A stretch of DNA of 64,000 nt from Octopus vulgaris (GCA_951406725.2 OX597831.1:82832001-82896000); one strand, 5' to 3'; shown: positions 1-14,298, counted from the stretch's first letter. The notes: generated from the letters alone by a model not told the origin. Program-made: numbers and translations.

Positions 1-1
1 A

Positions 2-609
2 AGTGAGTGCCCAAAACTGGCACAATGGGAATATAAAAGATGCCATGACAATGTAGCAAGAGTGATCCATTGAGAACTCTGTGGAAATCATGGCCTACAA
101 AGAGTAAAGACGAGGCATGAGCAAACCCTAGAAGGGGTCAGCGAGAATGAGGATAGCAAAGTCTTGTGGGATGCAATGACCCAGTGCGGTCACCTGACCA
201 GACATTGGAAACCGGACATTGTTGTGGTGAATAAAATTGAACGAACATGGATGATAATCGACAGAGCATGCCCCGCTGACAACAGGATCAATGTGAAAGA
301 AGAAGAGAACAAATAAACAACTATGACGATTTAAAATAGGAAATACGAAGGTTGCGGTCAATGAGGAGAGTAGAAGTGATACCAGTAGTAATTGGAAGCA
401 TCAGCACTCAACTACCAACATGGCTAAAAAAAGATTAGAGCAAGTGCAAAGGTAAAACATCAACAAAAATCAGCATTGACCGGAACTGCAAGAATTCTTC
501 ACAGGGTTTTTGAAGCATGACCAGTAAACAAGTGTCACCTTAGTCTGCTGGCTGTGGACAGCTGACACTTTCCATCATATCCAACAAAATAAACTGACAG
601 TTTTCATCA

Positions 610-645
<36 letters not shown>
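2..645 (+). mobile_element. 3' end of an R4/Dong-like non-LTR retrotransposon (restriction-like endonuclease domain), degenerate, with (TAA)n tail
   Basis: Manual translation from nt 2 gives SECPKLAQWEYKRCHDNVARVIH*ELC...KVLWDA...HWKPDIVVVNKIERTWMIIDRACPAD. This matches the C..LA..EY..RHD and PD..D motifs of RLE-type LINEs. It has in-frame stops and ends in (TAA)n at about 611-643. Confidence 0.8.
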
Positions 646-647
<2 letters not shown>

Positions 648-735
648 TACCTACATCTCCACAGTCATTGTTATGCATTAATCTTGCACAAACCATGCAA
701 CACACGCTCTGTCTGACATTAAAAATACATAAACA

Positions 736-824
736 CATCAACCACACAACAAAAGAATCTAACTCTCACTGGACAGCATCAACCACACAACAAAAGAATC
801 TAACTCTCACTGGACAGCATCAAC
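736..824. repeat. Direct tandem duplication of a 41-bp unit (2 copies plus a partial)
   Basis: catcaaccacacaacaaaagaatctaactctcactggacag occurs at 736-776 and 777-817. Confidence 0.9.
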
Positions 825-1009
825 ACAACTGAGGAAACACTAAAATAATACCGAAAACAACAAAAGAAAATCCTTATCAGAAAACCGATTCTGTATATAA
901 ACATAATTGTCCTTTTTGTAAAAGACAAAAGTTCCATACGGTGTGTTCCTGGGTTTTAGAGTGGGGCCTCACATTCAAAACTGTTGAAAATATGATGATG
1001 ATGATGATT

Positions 1010-1520
1010 CTTTCTGCTATAGGTACAAGGCCTGGAATTTTGTGGGAGAGGCTAATCAATTATGTCAACCCTAGTCATCAACTGGTTCTTATTTCATCAA
1101 CTTCCAAGAGAATAAAAGCAAAGTCAACTTTGGTGGTATTTGAACTCAGAACATAAAGGTGGATTAAATGCCACCATGCAGTTTATCCAGTGAGCTAACA
1201 ACAACAACAACAACAACAATAATAATGCTTTCTCCTATAGGCACAAGGCCTGAAATTTTGTGTAGAGGGACCAGCCGATTACATCGACCGCAGTGTTTCA
1301 CTGGTACTTAATTTATCAACCCTGAAAGAATGAAAGGCAAAGTTGACCTCTTCTAATTTAAGCAGGTCAATAGTTTTGAGGGACGGGAAGTCAGTTACCC
1401 ACTCCCATCCTCATCCCCCGTTGGTGTTATTTTATTTTATCAACGTTGAAAAGATGAAAGGTAAAGGTGACTGCAGCTGGAATTGAACTCAGAACATAAA
1501 GAAGAGCCAGAAGGCATTTA
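1010..1520 (-). mobile_element. Cluster of about 3 degenerate or partial tRNA-derived SINEs (family A)
   Basis: Recurrent blocks tataggcacaaggcctgaaattttg, actggtacttaatttatc, gaaaggcaaagttgacct and tttgaactcagaacataaa are shared with many other copies in the window. Confidence 0.75.
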
Positions 1521-1759
1521 GCACAAGGTTTTTAGTTCCACTGTCTCATGATTTTCTCTCTTCACAACAACGGTAACAACAACAATAAATGATAAATACC
1601 TTTTGGAGTTTCGCAAAACGAATACACAGTAGAAATTTTTCCAGCATTTTTAACCAATTCCAGAAAATTGAGAATGGAGTCCCAGAAGAACTTTTGTTTC
1701 GTGGTTGTGTGTTTGTGCAACAGGAGAAAAAGAAATGAGTAGAGAAATGTGCAACACAG

Positions 1760-1760
<1 letters not shown>

Positions 1761-1832
<72 letters not shown>
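1761..1832. repeat. (TG)n microsatellite
   Basis: Pure TG run of about 70 bp. Confidence 0.95.
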
Positions 1833-1833
<1 letters not shown>

Positions 1834-2968
1834 AACAGGCTTAGAAAAACTGACGGGTTTAGAAAAGGAAATGATTTCTTGAGAGACCCAGACAAACTGC
1901 CAATCACTCTTCGCGTTTCCTTTATTTCCATTTCTACAACTTCCAGCACCACACACCTTTACTTTTCCATAACATTTCCTAAACGATATTTCATTCACAC
2001 GATGTTGTTTCACTCTTTGATTTCTTTCCCATTTTTTTTTCTATTCCTAACCCTACAGGGAACGAGTGAGGTAGGGGAGAGAGAAAGAGAGGGACTATCT
2101 TTATAATCTGTATTTAATTTTCTCTCATCACTATTGTGGCCAATGCAAGAACTCATATTATTAGTAGTATTATTAACAACAACAACAACAATAATAAACA
2201 AGAGAAATCATCAATATAAAGAAACCAGTATAATTAAAGAAAGAATTAAAATCATCGTCGTCATCGTTGTCATCACCATCATCACCATCATCATCTTTGT
2301 TGTCATCGTCTGTGCTTAAAGGAGTTTTATTTATTTATAGTCCCTGTTGTCAGTAATCTGTGTTTCCAGTTCAATGTGCGTCTTGTGAGAAAGGATTCCT
2401 GTTGCAGTGGATTTAGAGTTTATTTTTAGGGAAATGTCAATCGTGAAAACACTCCATCAGAGGAGGGGGCAGCAGTGGGTGATGGGGCAGAAGGATTTGC
2501 CAGTGAAGAGAAATGATGTCATTTATAGGAAAGTAAGATTGTCATTTTCGAATGGGGTGGGGGTGGCTGGAAGTAAAGAACACACACACCAACACACACA
2601 CACACACCTTTACACAGATACGTACATCTGTACACAGATACCTTTAGATACAGTGACACATGACTTCACTCACACACACAATCAAAAATGATTCAAAGAT
2701 GTTAGGAATAGCAGAGGGAGCAAGGCAGGTGGAGGGTATGTGAATGGAAAAGATGGAGTAGGGATCGTAAGAAAGGAGGGAACGACGATGATGATGGCAA
2801 TGATATCGATGGTGATGGTCACAGTGAGAGTGGTGATGTTGATGAGAATGATGATAATGATGATGGTGATGACAGGGACAGTTGTAAACATTTAGAAAAT
2901 GGAAAAGAAATAATGAAGATTATTTCTGTCAGTGAGAAACACAGATTTATGATGAGAAGTGTGAGAGA

Positions 2969-3131
2969 GAGTGGAGGTGGAGTGTGAAGGTGAGTGGAGG
3001 TGGAGTGTGAAGGTGAGTGGAGGTGGAGTGTGAAGGTGAGTGGAGGTGGAGTGCGAAGGTGAGTGGAGTTGGAGTGTGAAGGTGGAGTGTGAAGGTGAGT
3101 GGAGGTGGAGTGTGAAGGTGAGTGGAGGTGG
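2969..3131. repeat. 23-bp G-rich minisatellite, about 7 copies
   Basis: Unit gagtggaggtggagtgtgaaggt repeated with minor variants. Confidence 0.9.
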
Positions 3132-4111
3132 AATAAAGATGGAGAAGCATCAGGAGGGAATGTTGGGAGGGGGAGATTTTGAATAGAATTATTTCAAATG
3201 GAAAGGTATGAAAACTAAAAATATGACCTGACAAGTTTTGGGAGTATCTTAATTAGTGAGTCTGTTAATTAGTGACTTTATTAGTTTGTGAGTATCTGTC
3301 TCAGTCAGTGAGGATCTCAGTGATCCATGTCATAGTGACATGAAAATCAATCATTCAATCATTAAGATAATTAACTTCTCTATTGTTGCAACAGGGTTTC
3401 AAAACCTACTTCATTTGGCGGCCCCTTAAACTTACATTCCACGTCTTTGGAGGAAACTTGTACCTTCCTCAGCTCAGAGAACCCCAACATAACAACACTT
3501 TCATATCTTTATTAATATTTTTCTTTCTTTTTCCTAAACCTAAATTCTGCAACAAGCTAAACAACCCCTAGAACAAATTTGGAAAGATTTACCAATGCTA
3601 AATTTATCAGACGCCACAAACAAGTTAGAAAAAATTTTCATCTTTACCAAAAATTCGGTTCAACTAAATTTCCTGACAATTCCATCTTGAGGGTGTTGTT
3701 ATCTCACAACATCTTCCCACTGCATCCAGATGTCAGAATTTCTGTACTTTAAAGTACATTGTATATCATCATCAGCATTTTAAGGTCTACATTTCCTTGC
3801 TTATAAAGATCAGACAAAAGTATGTTGGGATGGAGTTTTCTATGACCAGACACCATTTCTGATGACAACTCTCACCTGTTCGCAGGTGAGATAATAATCT
3901 CCAAGTCTATCAAACAACAAATGATTACAAAGAGAACTGAAAACAAATTACCTCATTTGAATGAATCTCATCTTTACAAAGCTTATGCAATAGGTCAACA
4001 GGTCAACAGGTCAATAGGTCATTGTTTTCCACCTGGGATATATTTTTAAAAGTTTGCTGATGGATTTTAAAAATTGGTTTTTTCCCCCTTTTCTTCCCTA
4101 TGTAGTAATTT

Positions 4112-4315
4112 CAAATTTTGGCACAAGGCCAGCAATTTTAGGGTAGGGGATAATTCAATTACATCAACCCAAGTGCTCAGCTGGTACTTACTTTATTATC
4201 CCCAAAAGGATTAAAGATAAAGTGAACTTGGGTGGAATTTGAACTCAGAACATAAAGATGGACAAAATGCTGCTGAGCCCCTTGCCCAGCAAGCAAAGAA
4301 TTCTGCCTTCTTGCC
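4112..4315 (-). mobile_element. tRNA-derived SINE (family A)
   Basis: aattttggcacaaggccagcaatttt...ctggtactta...ggaatttgaactcagaacataaagatggacaaaatgctgct; reverse-strand B-box-like GTTCAAATT. Confidence 0.75.
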
Positions 4316-4874
4316 AATATATCACTGTACAAAATCCAAAGATATTTCAGATCCAGAATTACCACAAAGATGCTTTGAATAATATTTTCATGGCATTAAT
4401 TCTAATTACTCTTTTATAACGTCAAAAGGCATTTTGTCAATTGACTATCCATATTGTTGTTGCTGTTGTTGTTGTTGTTGTTGTTGTTGTTGTAAAGTTT
4501 CATTCAGGTTTTAAAATTCTAGGAATTAGAATAAAAGAGTTTTTTTTGTTGATGGAGAAACACAGAATTACTTGACTAATTGCTTTGCCAATCAACTGCC
4601 TCACATTCTCTCATTAATTTTTCATTATCCACTCACTGAGTGCAATTGTTAATTAATAGACACACACACACACACACAACAATTGCCAGATCTTTTGCAT
4701 TTTTCTCCTTCATCCTTCAATCATTTCCTGCAATGGTTCTCTGTGTGTGTGTATATATATGCACATTATACACATTTGTATGGCTACACATGAACACACA
4801 TATATCTACATACATACGTTGACATATTTATGTATTGTGTACATATGTGCATACATATACTGACATATTACGCA

Positions 4875-4934
<60 letters not shown>

Positions 4935-7577
4935 GTATATATATATACACATACACACATAGAGGGAGAGATGCATATGCAGAAGAAGTGTGTGTGTGTG
5001 TAGATTAATATATATATATATATATGCAGACATACATACACGTGTATGTATACACTGCTCTCACACACTCACACAGAATTTAATCCTCAGTGTGGAAATA
5101 TTCGGTGTTGCTTGTTTTCATATAAAATGATTAGAGATTATAGCCCTCACTTCCTCACAAGCCATGTATAAAAATACATGTATGTGCATAAGCATGTATA
5201 CCTATATGTATGTGTATGTATATATGTATAATTATATGTATATGTGTATGAGTGTATAAGTACATATGTGTTTGTGTATGTGAATACACAAAACACACAC
5301 ACATACACAAAACACACACACACATGAGATTTGTATTTTTCAATTTACATTTCGACTAATTAATTTAAAGGAAATACTTTGCAATCACTCACCAACGTAG
5401 TTATATAACGAGGGAAATTTCAAATTATGGAGACTTATTTGTTGTCTGTTGTTAAAATTCGAAATGGATCAATAAGGAATGCACTAAAAGACTCCAAACA
5501 CTACAAGAGTGTTGTTGATGTTGTTGCTGTTTTGAGTTAGTGTCCAACCGAGTTTCCAGATTATTAGCTCCATCTTCTCAGGTTTCTATTTCCATCATTT
5601 AATTCTGTTGGATTCTGGGAGTGTCTTTCAAACTATTTATATATCATCATCAGGTCCGATGGGCAAATGGGGAGGGTGTCATGTGCTGTTTTTGCATGTT
5701 GCTGCATCCACCATTTGTTGGTATATTACTAGACCCCCTGGGTGACCCACTGAGTAGAGTGCTTGTCAGTCACCCTCTTCTCAAGATACTTCCTCATATG
5801 GTCAACCAATACAAGCTGTCAACCCAGCCAGACCCTCAGTGAAGAGGGCACAGTAAGCAGGGTCTAAGTTAGCAAATTGAGCAACATGGCCAAACAGTCT
5901 GAGCTGACAACCCCCAAATTATACAAGTAACAGGATGCATCCCAGAACCCCTAATCTCGTGAAGTGTTCTGGTACCAAAGGAGTTCATCATCTAATGTCC
6001 ATCCTCGGTGATGACAATTGGACAAAGTCTGCAGTGGAGAACGTCTACATCACACTCCATTGTCTGTTTTGGCACAATTTCTATGGTTGGAAGCTCTTGC
6101 TAAAGCCAACCATTTAAATTGCTTTGTAACTTGAAAGACTAAAGGGCTGAGAGGAAGCCCCTATCACCGAAGTGGTGGGGAGAGTACAAGGGTTTCAGGC
6201 AAGATAATGAAAATGGGGGTGAAATAGGATGTGAGGAATAGATTTACAGCTGTGAGAGGGTGCAGAGAGGTGAGAGTAACAGAGTAGACACTGTTGGAGG
6301 AGGCAGGGGGGGGGGGCATGAAGGAAGGAAAATAGATGAGGATGGCAAGGATCCAGAGAGAGTCAATGAAGGAAAAACAGGTGTGAGGGTCATGGGGGGG
6401 ATAGGCAAGAGAATGAGAGATGTGGAGATGCAGAGAAAGTGTGAGGAGAGGACAGTGAGAGAGAGAGATGTGGAGAGAGAAAGAGAGAGTGAGAGGGAGT
6501 GATGGGTGGCAGAGATGACTGAAGTGAGTGAGGAGATTGATAGGAAAAATGGGCAAAAGCAGAATGATGACGATTGACCAATACAGTCTTTCCTAAATTA
6601 ATCATTAATCTCAGGCTGTTTACAGCTTTATTCATTAATGCTAGACTCTTTGTGCTTAATTCATTATCCCCATCTTCCTAATATTAACAAAACAAGAAAA
6701 AAGAACATTATTATTACTATTATTATTATTATTATTGTTGTTGTTGTTGTTGTTGTTGTAGTTATAGCTCCATCTATCTTTGTAACATTAGTTATTGGTT
6801 TTAGTCTGGAATAAGCTGACATTCCACAAAAGAAAGCCAAAACTTTGGTAACGGAATTGCTTTTACTTCAGAAGGAAAATGAAAGAAAAGAAAGCGAGTG
6901 GTTTTGAAGATGCTGGAATATTCCATTTTGATATCCATAGGGGAGTCAAGCTGGGGAAATATACAGAAACACATACACACACATAAATGACGATGTAAGA
7001 ACGGTGTCCGGTGTTTCATCCCACCATTATCACCACAGGCAGCAGCAGCAGCATCAGGCATAGTTATTTCTGCTGAAGATAATTTTGTGTCTGACAGAAA
7101 CATCAAAGTCAGGAGAAAACAGGAAACGGTTTCTGAGAGTCCAACAAAAAGACTGGTTCTTATTTTGGCTCTTTTACTACTTCGCCTTCTTCCTTCCGTT
7201 TCACGTGAACACTGAAGAGGAGGAGATGAACACTTAGCCTCCGTTGCCAGAACTGCTGAGAACAGCGAGAGACATCGAGAAAGAACATTCTAGTCTGGTC
7301 AATCTGAAATCTTTAAATCAACTGAGGAAAAAAGCAAACATCAATAAAAAAGGCTAATCAAAGCAAAACTCTAAACTAATTACTTAAATTCATTAATTAA
7401 GGATAATAAAGATATTCTTGTGTGTTTCTAAAACTATTTTATTTAAATAGACACATTCCAATAAACTGCTACATATGTATATGTATACATACATATACAC
7501 ATACACGCACGCATGCATACATGCATACATACATACATACACACATACATACATACATACATACACACACACATACA

Positions 7578-8695
7578 CATGGACGGTTTGACCGGGGTCT
7601 GGGAAGCCAGGAGGCTGCACCAGGCTCCAGTCTGATCTGGCAGTGTTTCTACAGCTTGATGCCCTTCCTAACGCCAACCACTCCATGAGTGTAGTGGGTG
7701 CTTTTTATGTGCTACCGGCACAGGGGCCAGAGGAGGCTGGCAATGGCCATGATCAGTTGGTGCATTTTACATGTCGCCAGCATGGTAGCCAGTAAAGGCA
7801 GCGCTTGTATCGGCCACATTCGGATGGTGCTTTTTACGTGCCACCAGCATGGGTGTCACAACTACAATTTCCATTTGATTTTCATTTTGATGTTGACATA
7901 CTTGACTCAGTAGGTCTCCTCGCAGGTTGCCTTACGATCCAAGGTACTTTGAATGGGCTGGGGTTGGTTATGCGAAACTGGCGTAGGATACAGCTGTGAA
8001 CTCCCTTTATTTGCCGGGTCTTCACAGTCACAGCATATCTCCAGAGGTCTCGGTCTTTTGTCATTGCCTCTGTGAGGTCCAATGTTCACAGATTCTGGAT
8101 TCCTTCAACTCTTTGAGAGTGGCACTTCTTCACACATCTATCCTCATCCATCTGGTATGACCATACCAGTGCAAACGTCTCTCTTGCACGCCACATCCTA
8201 TGTTTCTTATGTCCAACATATCTCTCAGGGTGCTTATACTCTGTCATGCATGCACACTGACATTACACATCCAGCGGATCATGCTAGCTTCATTTCTTTT
8301 GAGCCTACGCATGTCTTCAGCAGTCACAGCCCATGTTTCACTGCCATGAAGTATGGCAGTTCGCACACATGCATCGTACAATCTACCTTTCACTTTGAGC
8401 AAGAGACCCTTTGTCGCCAGTAGAGGTAGAAGCTTTCTAAACTTTGCCTAGGCTATTCTTAATCTAGTGGTAACACTCTCTGAGCATCCACCCCCACTAC
8501 TAACTTGGTCACCTAGTTAGCGGAAGCTATCGACTACTTCTAGTTCCTCCCCCTGGAGTGTGATGGAATCTGTTTCCTGAGTATCAGTGGTGTTTATTGC
8601 CCCTGTGCATCTGCCGCACACGAAAGCTATCTTCTCGGTTAATCTTCCTCTGATGTTGCTGCATCTCTTATGTGCCCATAGCTTACACTGGGTAC
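7578..8695 (-). mobile_element. 5'-truncated RTE-clade LINE (3' ORF fragment plus 3' UTR)
   Basis: Minus-strand fragments CTQCKLWAHKRCSNIRGRLTEKIAFVCGRC...LEVVDSFR and LTEAMTKDRDLWRYAV align by eye to the better preserved copy at 57323-59100. Confidence 0.9.
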
Positions 8696-9569
8696 ATATA
8701 TATATATACACACACATAATACATATATATATATACACAGAGTTAAATTTGTTGACGAACACACAGTTTGTTTTGCTCTATAGGAACTTACTGAAATCTG
8801 GTTTCATTAAGTTTCTTCAAAATAAAGCAAATAACAACAACAATCCCTTTCCAGGTTGACAGGAATCGGACTGGTAGCCCCCATTTGATTTGGTATTCAG
8901 AAGTATTGTACCCTTGGAATGGTTGTGTGGTCCTTACATTGTATGCATTTCTTTTGGGGTTCGGCTTCTATGTCTAGATACACTCCCTAACACAATCACT
9001 TTACACACACAGTGCACGGCAATGCTTTCTTTCTCAGCACCAGAGAAATGTCACATCCTTCACCGAGACTAAACAATCCTCACAACTTCATGTTTTATGC
9101 TGAGTGTAGTTCTTCCTGAGACCAACCCAACAAAGGCAACCATGTCCTCAATACAACTAAGCAGTTCTTGATGAAAATGATGATGAACATGATGATGATG
9201 ATGATGATGATGATGTGTGTATGCATGTGTGTGCATGTATGTGTGTGTGTGCGTGTGTGTGTTTTCTTTTTTAAGCAGCTGCAATCATGATACTTCTCAC
9301 CAAACCAGCAGTCCATCACTGCTTGAATTTCCAGTTGAATTGTCTCCATCATGACATCAATGAAGCTGAGAGGTCTTCATCCTCTGTGAGGGGGTGGAAG
9401 TCTCCAAAATAATAACACCTAATTTAGCCTGGTGTTCAACACCACAGCAGTGGCCAGGAAAGCCTACTCTATGTTAAGCAACAAATGTAGAGAAAGTGGA
9501 ATGTTGCCATAAAATTTCCTCTTTGCTCTTTTGTTCAGATATATCATCATCATCACCATTACCACCACC

Positions 9570-9770
9570 ACCGTCATCATTTAACACCCATTTTCCATGC
9601 TGGCACGAGTTGGACAGTTTGGTAGGAGCTGGTAAGACCAGGAGCTGCCCCAGGCCCCAATTGTCTGTTTTGGCAGGATTCTTCCAGCTGGATACCCTTT
9701 CCTAATACTGAACATTTTCTAGAGTGTGCTGGGTACTTTTTATGTGGCACCAGCACTAAGAGTGGCCACC
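9570..9770 (-). mobile_element. RTE 3'-tail fragment or RTE-dependent SINE-like copy
   Basis: catcatttaacacccattttccatgctggcacgagttggacagttt...cagctggatacccttt, a diverged version of the RTE 3' end. Confidence 0.7.
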
Positions 9771-10194
9771 ACAACATGACATTAGGGGAGACTGACCAGA
9801 GGGACATTACAACATGACTGAACAAGTCCTTAAATAATAAAGAAAGGTGTCCCCAGATATTTGGCTCTCAAAGAAGAATCCACACAACTAAACACAATGA
9901 TTATTGGTCACTATGGGAGAGTCCCAGGAGGAATAAAAAGGCAGAGTGGAACTGCATGAGTTTTGAATCTTAAACCAAATGGGCAAAAATTAAACAAAGA
10001 AAGCAATTAGGTTCAGTAAATAAATTTGTTGTCCATCTTCATTGATTGTGTGTGTGTGTGTGTGTGTGTGTTTGCAAAAACATATCCATACACAAATATA
10101 TATAAACATACACAGACATGTACATGCAGTGTTTTTTTTTTACTCTTCAACCACTGTGAGTTATTAATTAACGAGATGACTTATTATCACCTCA

Positions 10195-10239
<45 letters not shown>

Positions 10240-11169
10240 CTCACTGTTAACGATATTTCTTTCTTCTTCTCGATAGTTATTGCAGCAATTATTTCATTAG
10301 TTGTTGATAGCCAAAAGTCATAATGATTACGATGGGTTGTTTATTGTTGACTTTTGGGGTAGTGTTTGTAGGGGAAGGGTAGTGATGGTGATGATAATCG
10401 TGGTGGTTGAAGGGGCCGTGGTAGTGATGGTGGTGACAGAGGTAGTAGTGGTCGTACATCTACATGTTCCTCAGTAGATATAATTAAGTTCTACATAATT
10501 AAGTTATAACGAAGCACCCAGTCAACATTGACCCAATTAACGGAGACCAGTGACAGGATTAAATGAATTCCATAAACAAGATTGGACAAGTCAGAGACCC
10601 CAAGGGACTTTGGCAGCGGACTTTAAACTGAAGGCGGAACGTTAAATCCATAAAGTCATGGAGATGACAGGGAGCTTCTATAAATCTTCCATTTCCACCA
10701 CCACCCGCTTCCCACAACATACATACACCCAGTCAGAACACTGCAGGTTCTAAATTGTTTATATTTCAACCACCCCCACCCACCCACTCCCAACCAACCC
10801 GTATTTCACATTAGAAAAAAAAATTGTTTTCTCTTAATTAATGGTTTCATATTTTCTGTCCATATTTTAGGATTAATTATTCTAATCCGTTAATTCTTTA
10901 ATTCACTAGATGGAAGTGGAACCCATAGTCAACCCAGCAGACTGCTGTGAGAAGTGACATGGCAGCAGAAAGTTTTTCTCAAACACTAAATTTTGAACTT
11001 GGAGACATGGAGTTTCTCAAAAGCAATCCTGACTTTTTCTAAAAACATTTTTGCTTCATTTATTTTAATTTTATACATGAAACATTACACAGCAAAGTTG
11101 GTGGAAAAGAGACACACAGACACAGATACTTAGGCAGTATTGTATATATGTTTACATATATACATTGTA

Positions 11170-11640
11170 GTAGAGGGAACCTGTGAAAGAAGTAAACCTA
11201 GGAAAACCTGAGATGAGGTGGTGAAGCACGGCCTTTGAACATTGGGCAGTAAACTGTGCCTGTTGAGGCAAGTGAAATCGTTGCCATGGCCAATGACAGT
11301 ACTGCCTGTTGGCATCCGTGCCAGTGGCACATTGAAAGTGCCATTCGAGCGTTGTCATTGCCAGTGCCGCCTGAATGGCTCCTGTGCTGGCAGCATGTAA
11401 AAAGCACCATTTGAGCATGGTCGATGCTAGTACTGCCTGACTGGCTCCCATGCCAGTAACATGTAAAAAGCACCCACTACACTCTCGGAGTGGTTGGCGT
11501 TAGGAAGAGCATCCAGCTGTAGAAACTCTGCCAGATCAGATTGGAGTCTGGTGCAGCCTTTTGGCTTTCCAGCCCTGGTCAAACTGTCCAACCCATGCCA
11601 GCATGGAAAGCGTATGTTAAACGATGATGATGATGATGAT
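11170..11640 (+). mobile_element. RTE LINE 3' fragment with (GAT)n tail
   Basis: gagggaacctgtgaaagaagtaaacctaggaaaacctgagatgaggtggtgaagcac (EGTC.R..PRKT.DEVVKH), followed by the family 3' UTR and gatgatgat tail. Confidence 0.85.
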
Positions 11641-11864
11641 GTGTATATGTAGCCTCATACATACACACATACATCAGATAGCCTCACATACACATACATA
11701 AACAGACACAATTCACACATACATGCATGCACACTCATGAACACACACACACAAATCCACATGTACCAGGTTAATGTTGTCCTCTCTTCTGACCCTCCTC
11801 TCAAGCCTATTTCTTTCCCTTCTGGTCATTTCAGCATTGACCATCAAATTATGAGATGTTCGTA

Positions 11865-12879
11865 TCAGGTCATTAAGAACGAAATGTCCAATTTTGAACT
11901 GAATGTTTATTTTACTTTATCTCAACAGAAAGCAATGCAGTTTAATCAAAGTGTGCACTTAAATTATCAACACAATTTTGCCATTTTATGGGTAGCATAC
12001 TTATGCTGGCAGCAAAGAATTCTGGAGAGCAAGAGGTGATGAAATCATGAAATCATGTTTTTGCATCTTCCTTACAAAATGTTGTCTAATGCTGGGAAAA
12101 TGTGATAGCCAGTTGGTGCAAAGTCTGGTGAATATGGTGGATGACAGAGTGCTTCCAAGTTCAGTTCCTTCTTATTTGAGTAACATTATTTGTGCAACAT
12201 GTGGTCAAGCATTGTCTTACAAGAGAATTGGCCTGTCTCTCTTGACCAATCTCAGTTGTTTAATTGCAAGTTCATTCATCATTTCAACCAAGAACAGCAT
12301 CTTTCAAGACGATGTGTCATTTGATGCTCGTTCAGTTCCTGTGGTACCCACTTGTCCAGCTTCTTTACCTTTCTGATTCGTTTCAGATGGTCCAATACAC
12401 CTGGAATCGAAACATCCAGCCTTGCTGACAACTCAAGCGTAGAGTGAAATGTATATGCTTCCTCTACAGTTACCTGTTCATCATTATCCGCCTTGGTCTC
12501 CATTCAACCACGGAGCTGATTTTCAAGAGTAAAGTCACCAGACCGGAACTTCTCAGACTATCAAGGTATAGCCTGCTCATTCACCACATCTTCACCAAAC
12601 ACCTCATTGATGATTCGAGCTGTCTGGGATGCATTGGTTCCATGATGGAACTCATATTCATAAACAACACGAATTTTTGATCTCTCCATGGGTTCACAAA
12701 AAGGATTTACAAGAGAAAGCTCACAATATAATCAGACACAATGAACTTGCATTTCGAAAAGTGAAGATGTAAATCTTCAATGTTGTAAAACAAAGAATTA
12801 TCAGGATAAAATGTTCGAGTTTTATGGCTGTCAAACTTGGTGCAGAAGAAAATTGGACATTTGATTCTTAATGGCCTCA
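11865..12879 (-). mobile_element. Mariner (Tc1/mariner) DNA transposon, internally deleted, both TIRs present
   Basis: Left end TA|tcaggtcattaagaacgaaatgtccaatttt; reverse complement of the right end TA|tgaggccattaagaatcaaatgtccaatttt. Minus-strand LDKWVPQEL (WVPHEL motif) and HPPYSPDFAPTGYHIF (YSPDLAPSD motif). Confidence 0.9.
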
Positions 12880-13197
12880 TAGTTTGCTCTTTATTTTCTC
12901 TCTCCTCATCAATCCATTCTGCAGAAGAGTCAATGTTCAAAACGGTAAAGACTCCAATTTTCTTCACTGTCAACCAAGAACAATCTGCTTGTTTGATTTT
13001 TTTCATCTCATCATCGTACTTTCTTTTATTTTTGTACCATGTGTGTGTGCGTTTGTGTGTTTGTGTGTGTGCTTGTGTGTGTGTGTGCGCGTGTGTGTGT
13101 GTGTGTGTAAACTAACATATTTGTGTATGTAGGTATTGCTTATATTATACAATTTAATATATATCTGTATATGCATGTCTATGCATACACATGTATA

Positions 13198-13230
<33 letters not shown>

Positions 13231-13512
13231 CATCATCATCATCGTTTAACGTATGCTTCCCATGCTGGCATGGGTTGGACAGTTTGACTGAGGGCTGGCA
13301 AGCCAAAAGGCTGCACCAGGCTCCAATCTGATCTAGCAGAGTTTCTACAGCTGGATGCTCTTCCTAACGTCAACCACTCCGAGAGTGTAGTGGGAGCTTT
13401 TTACATGCCACCAGCATGAGGGCCTGTCAGGCGGTACTGGCATCGACCATGCTTGAATGGTGCTTTTTATATGCCACCGGCATGGGAGCCAGTCAGGCAG
13501 TACTGGCATCGG
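13231..13512 (-). mobile_element. RTE 3' UTR/tail copy
   Basis: (CAT)n then cgtttaacgtatgcttccatgctggcatgggttggacagtttgactgagg...ttcctaacgtcaaccactccgagagtgtagtggg. Confidence 0.85.
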
Positions 13513-13739
13513 TGTCTATAGGTCAGTCTGTATACATGCGTGAATACATACCTACATATATATATATATATATACTTGTGTGTTGGGTGTGAGTGTTTGT
13601 GTGTGTACTTGTCCTGTATACATATTTTATCAAAATTAAACGTTTGCTAGTTTAAGCACACAAAAAAATAAATCAAAATGTTAGTCTTTCTCAAGTGTTA
13701 CAAGTCAAATACGGCCACGTTTAAACTGATTAGTAGATC

Positions 13740-13772
<33 letters not shown>

Positions 13773-13774
13773 CC

Positions 13775-13840
<66 letters not shown>

Positions 13841-13851
13841 GTGTGTGTGTG
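13740..13851. repeat. (GA)n and (TG)n microsatellites
   Basis: Direct reading. Confidence 0.95.
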
Positions 13852-14298
13852 AAATGATATACATTGATTTTGCAAGAAATAATACATGCGAAATGAGAGA
13901 GAAGACAAAAAACTAGAAAGGAAAAAAAGACAGCTGAAATGAAGTGGAGGTGGAGGATATTACAATAAGCAATTTATTTGGAATTCTTTAAGAAATTAAT
14001 AAATAAATACGAGAGATCAAAGAGGAACTTGTCCCAGCTGACGTTGGTTGCAACAAGAAATTTCCGTTAATATTTCATTAAACCCAACAGGAATAGAACA
14101 GTTATTAAGTATCTTGACTTACCTGAATTTTTTATGGTGGTTTGGTAGGGGGGATGGTTTAGCTTTTCAAAAATGAAACTTAGAAAAAATTCAGTCTTAT
14201 TGAAAGAGAAATCAAATTATATTGTTTTAGATCGTCTTTTATTAACTGAAGACAGTGCTTTTTTTTTTCTTACTCTTGAAATCTCAATACTTACATAC

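Noticed and set aside
14118-14170. Perfect minus-strand donor CAG|GTAAGT with upstream LNHPP
   Set aside because: The resemblance to the CASK kinase LNHPW is short and in the wrong gene order, and there is no convincing acceptor or further similarity.
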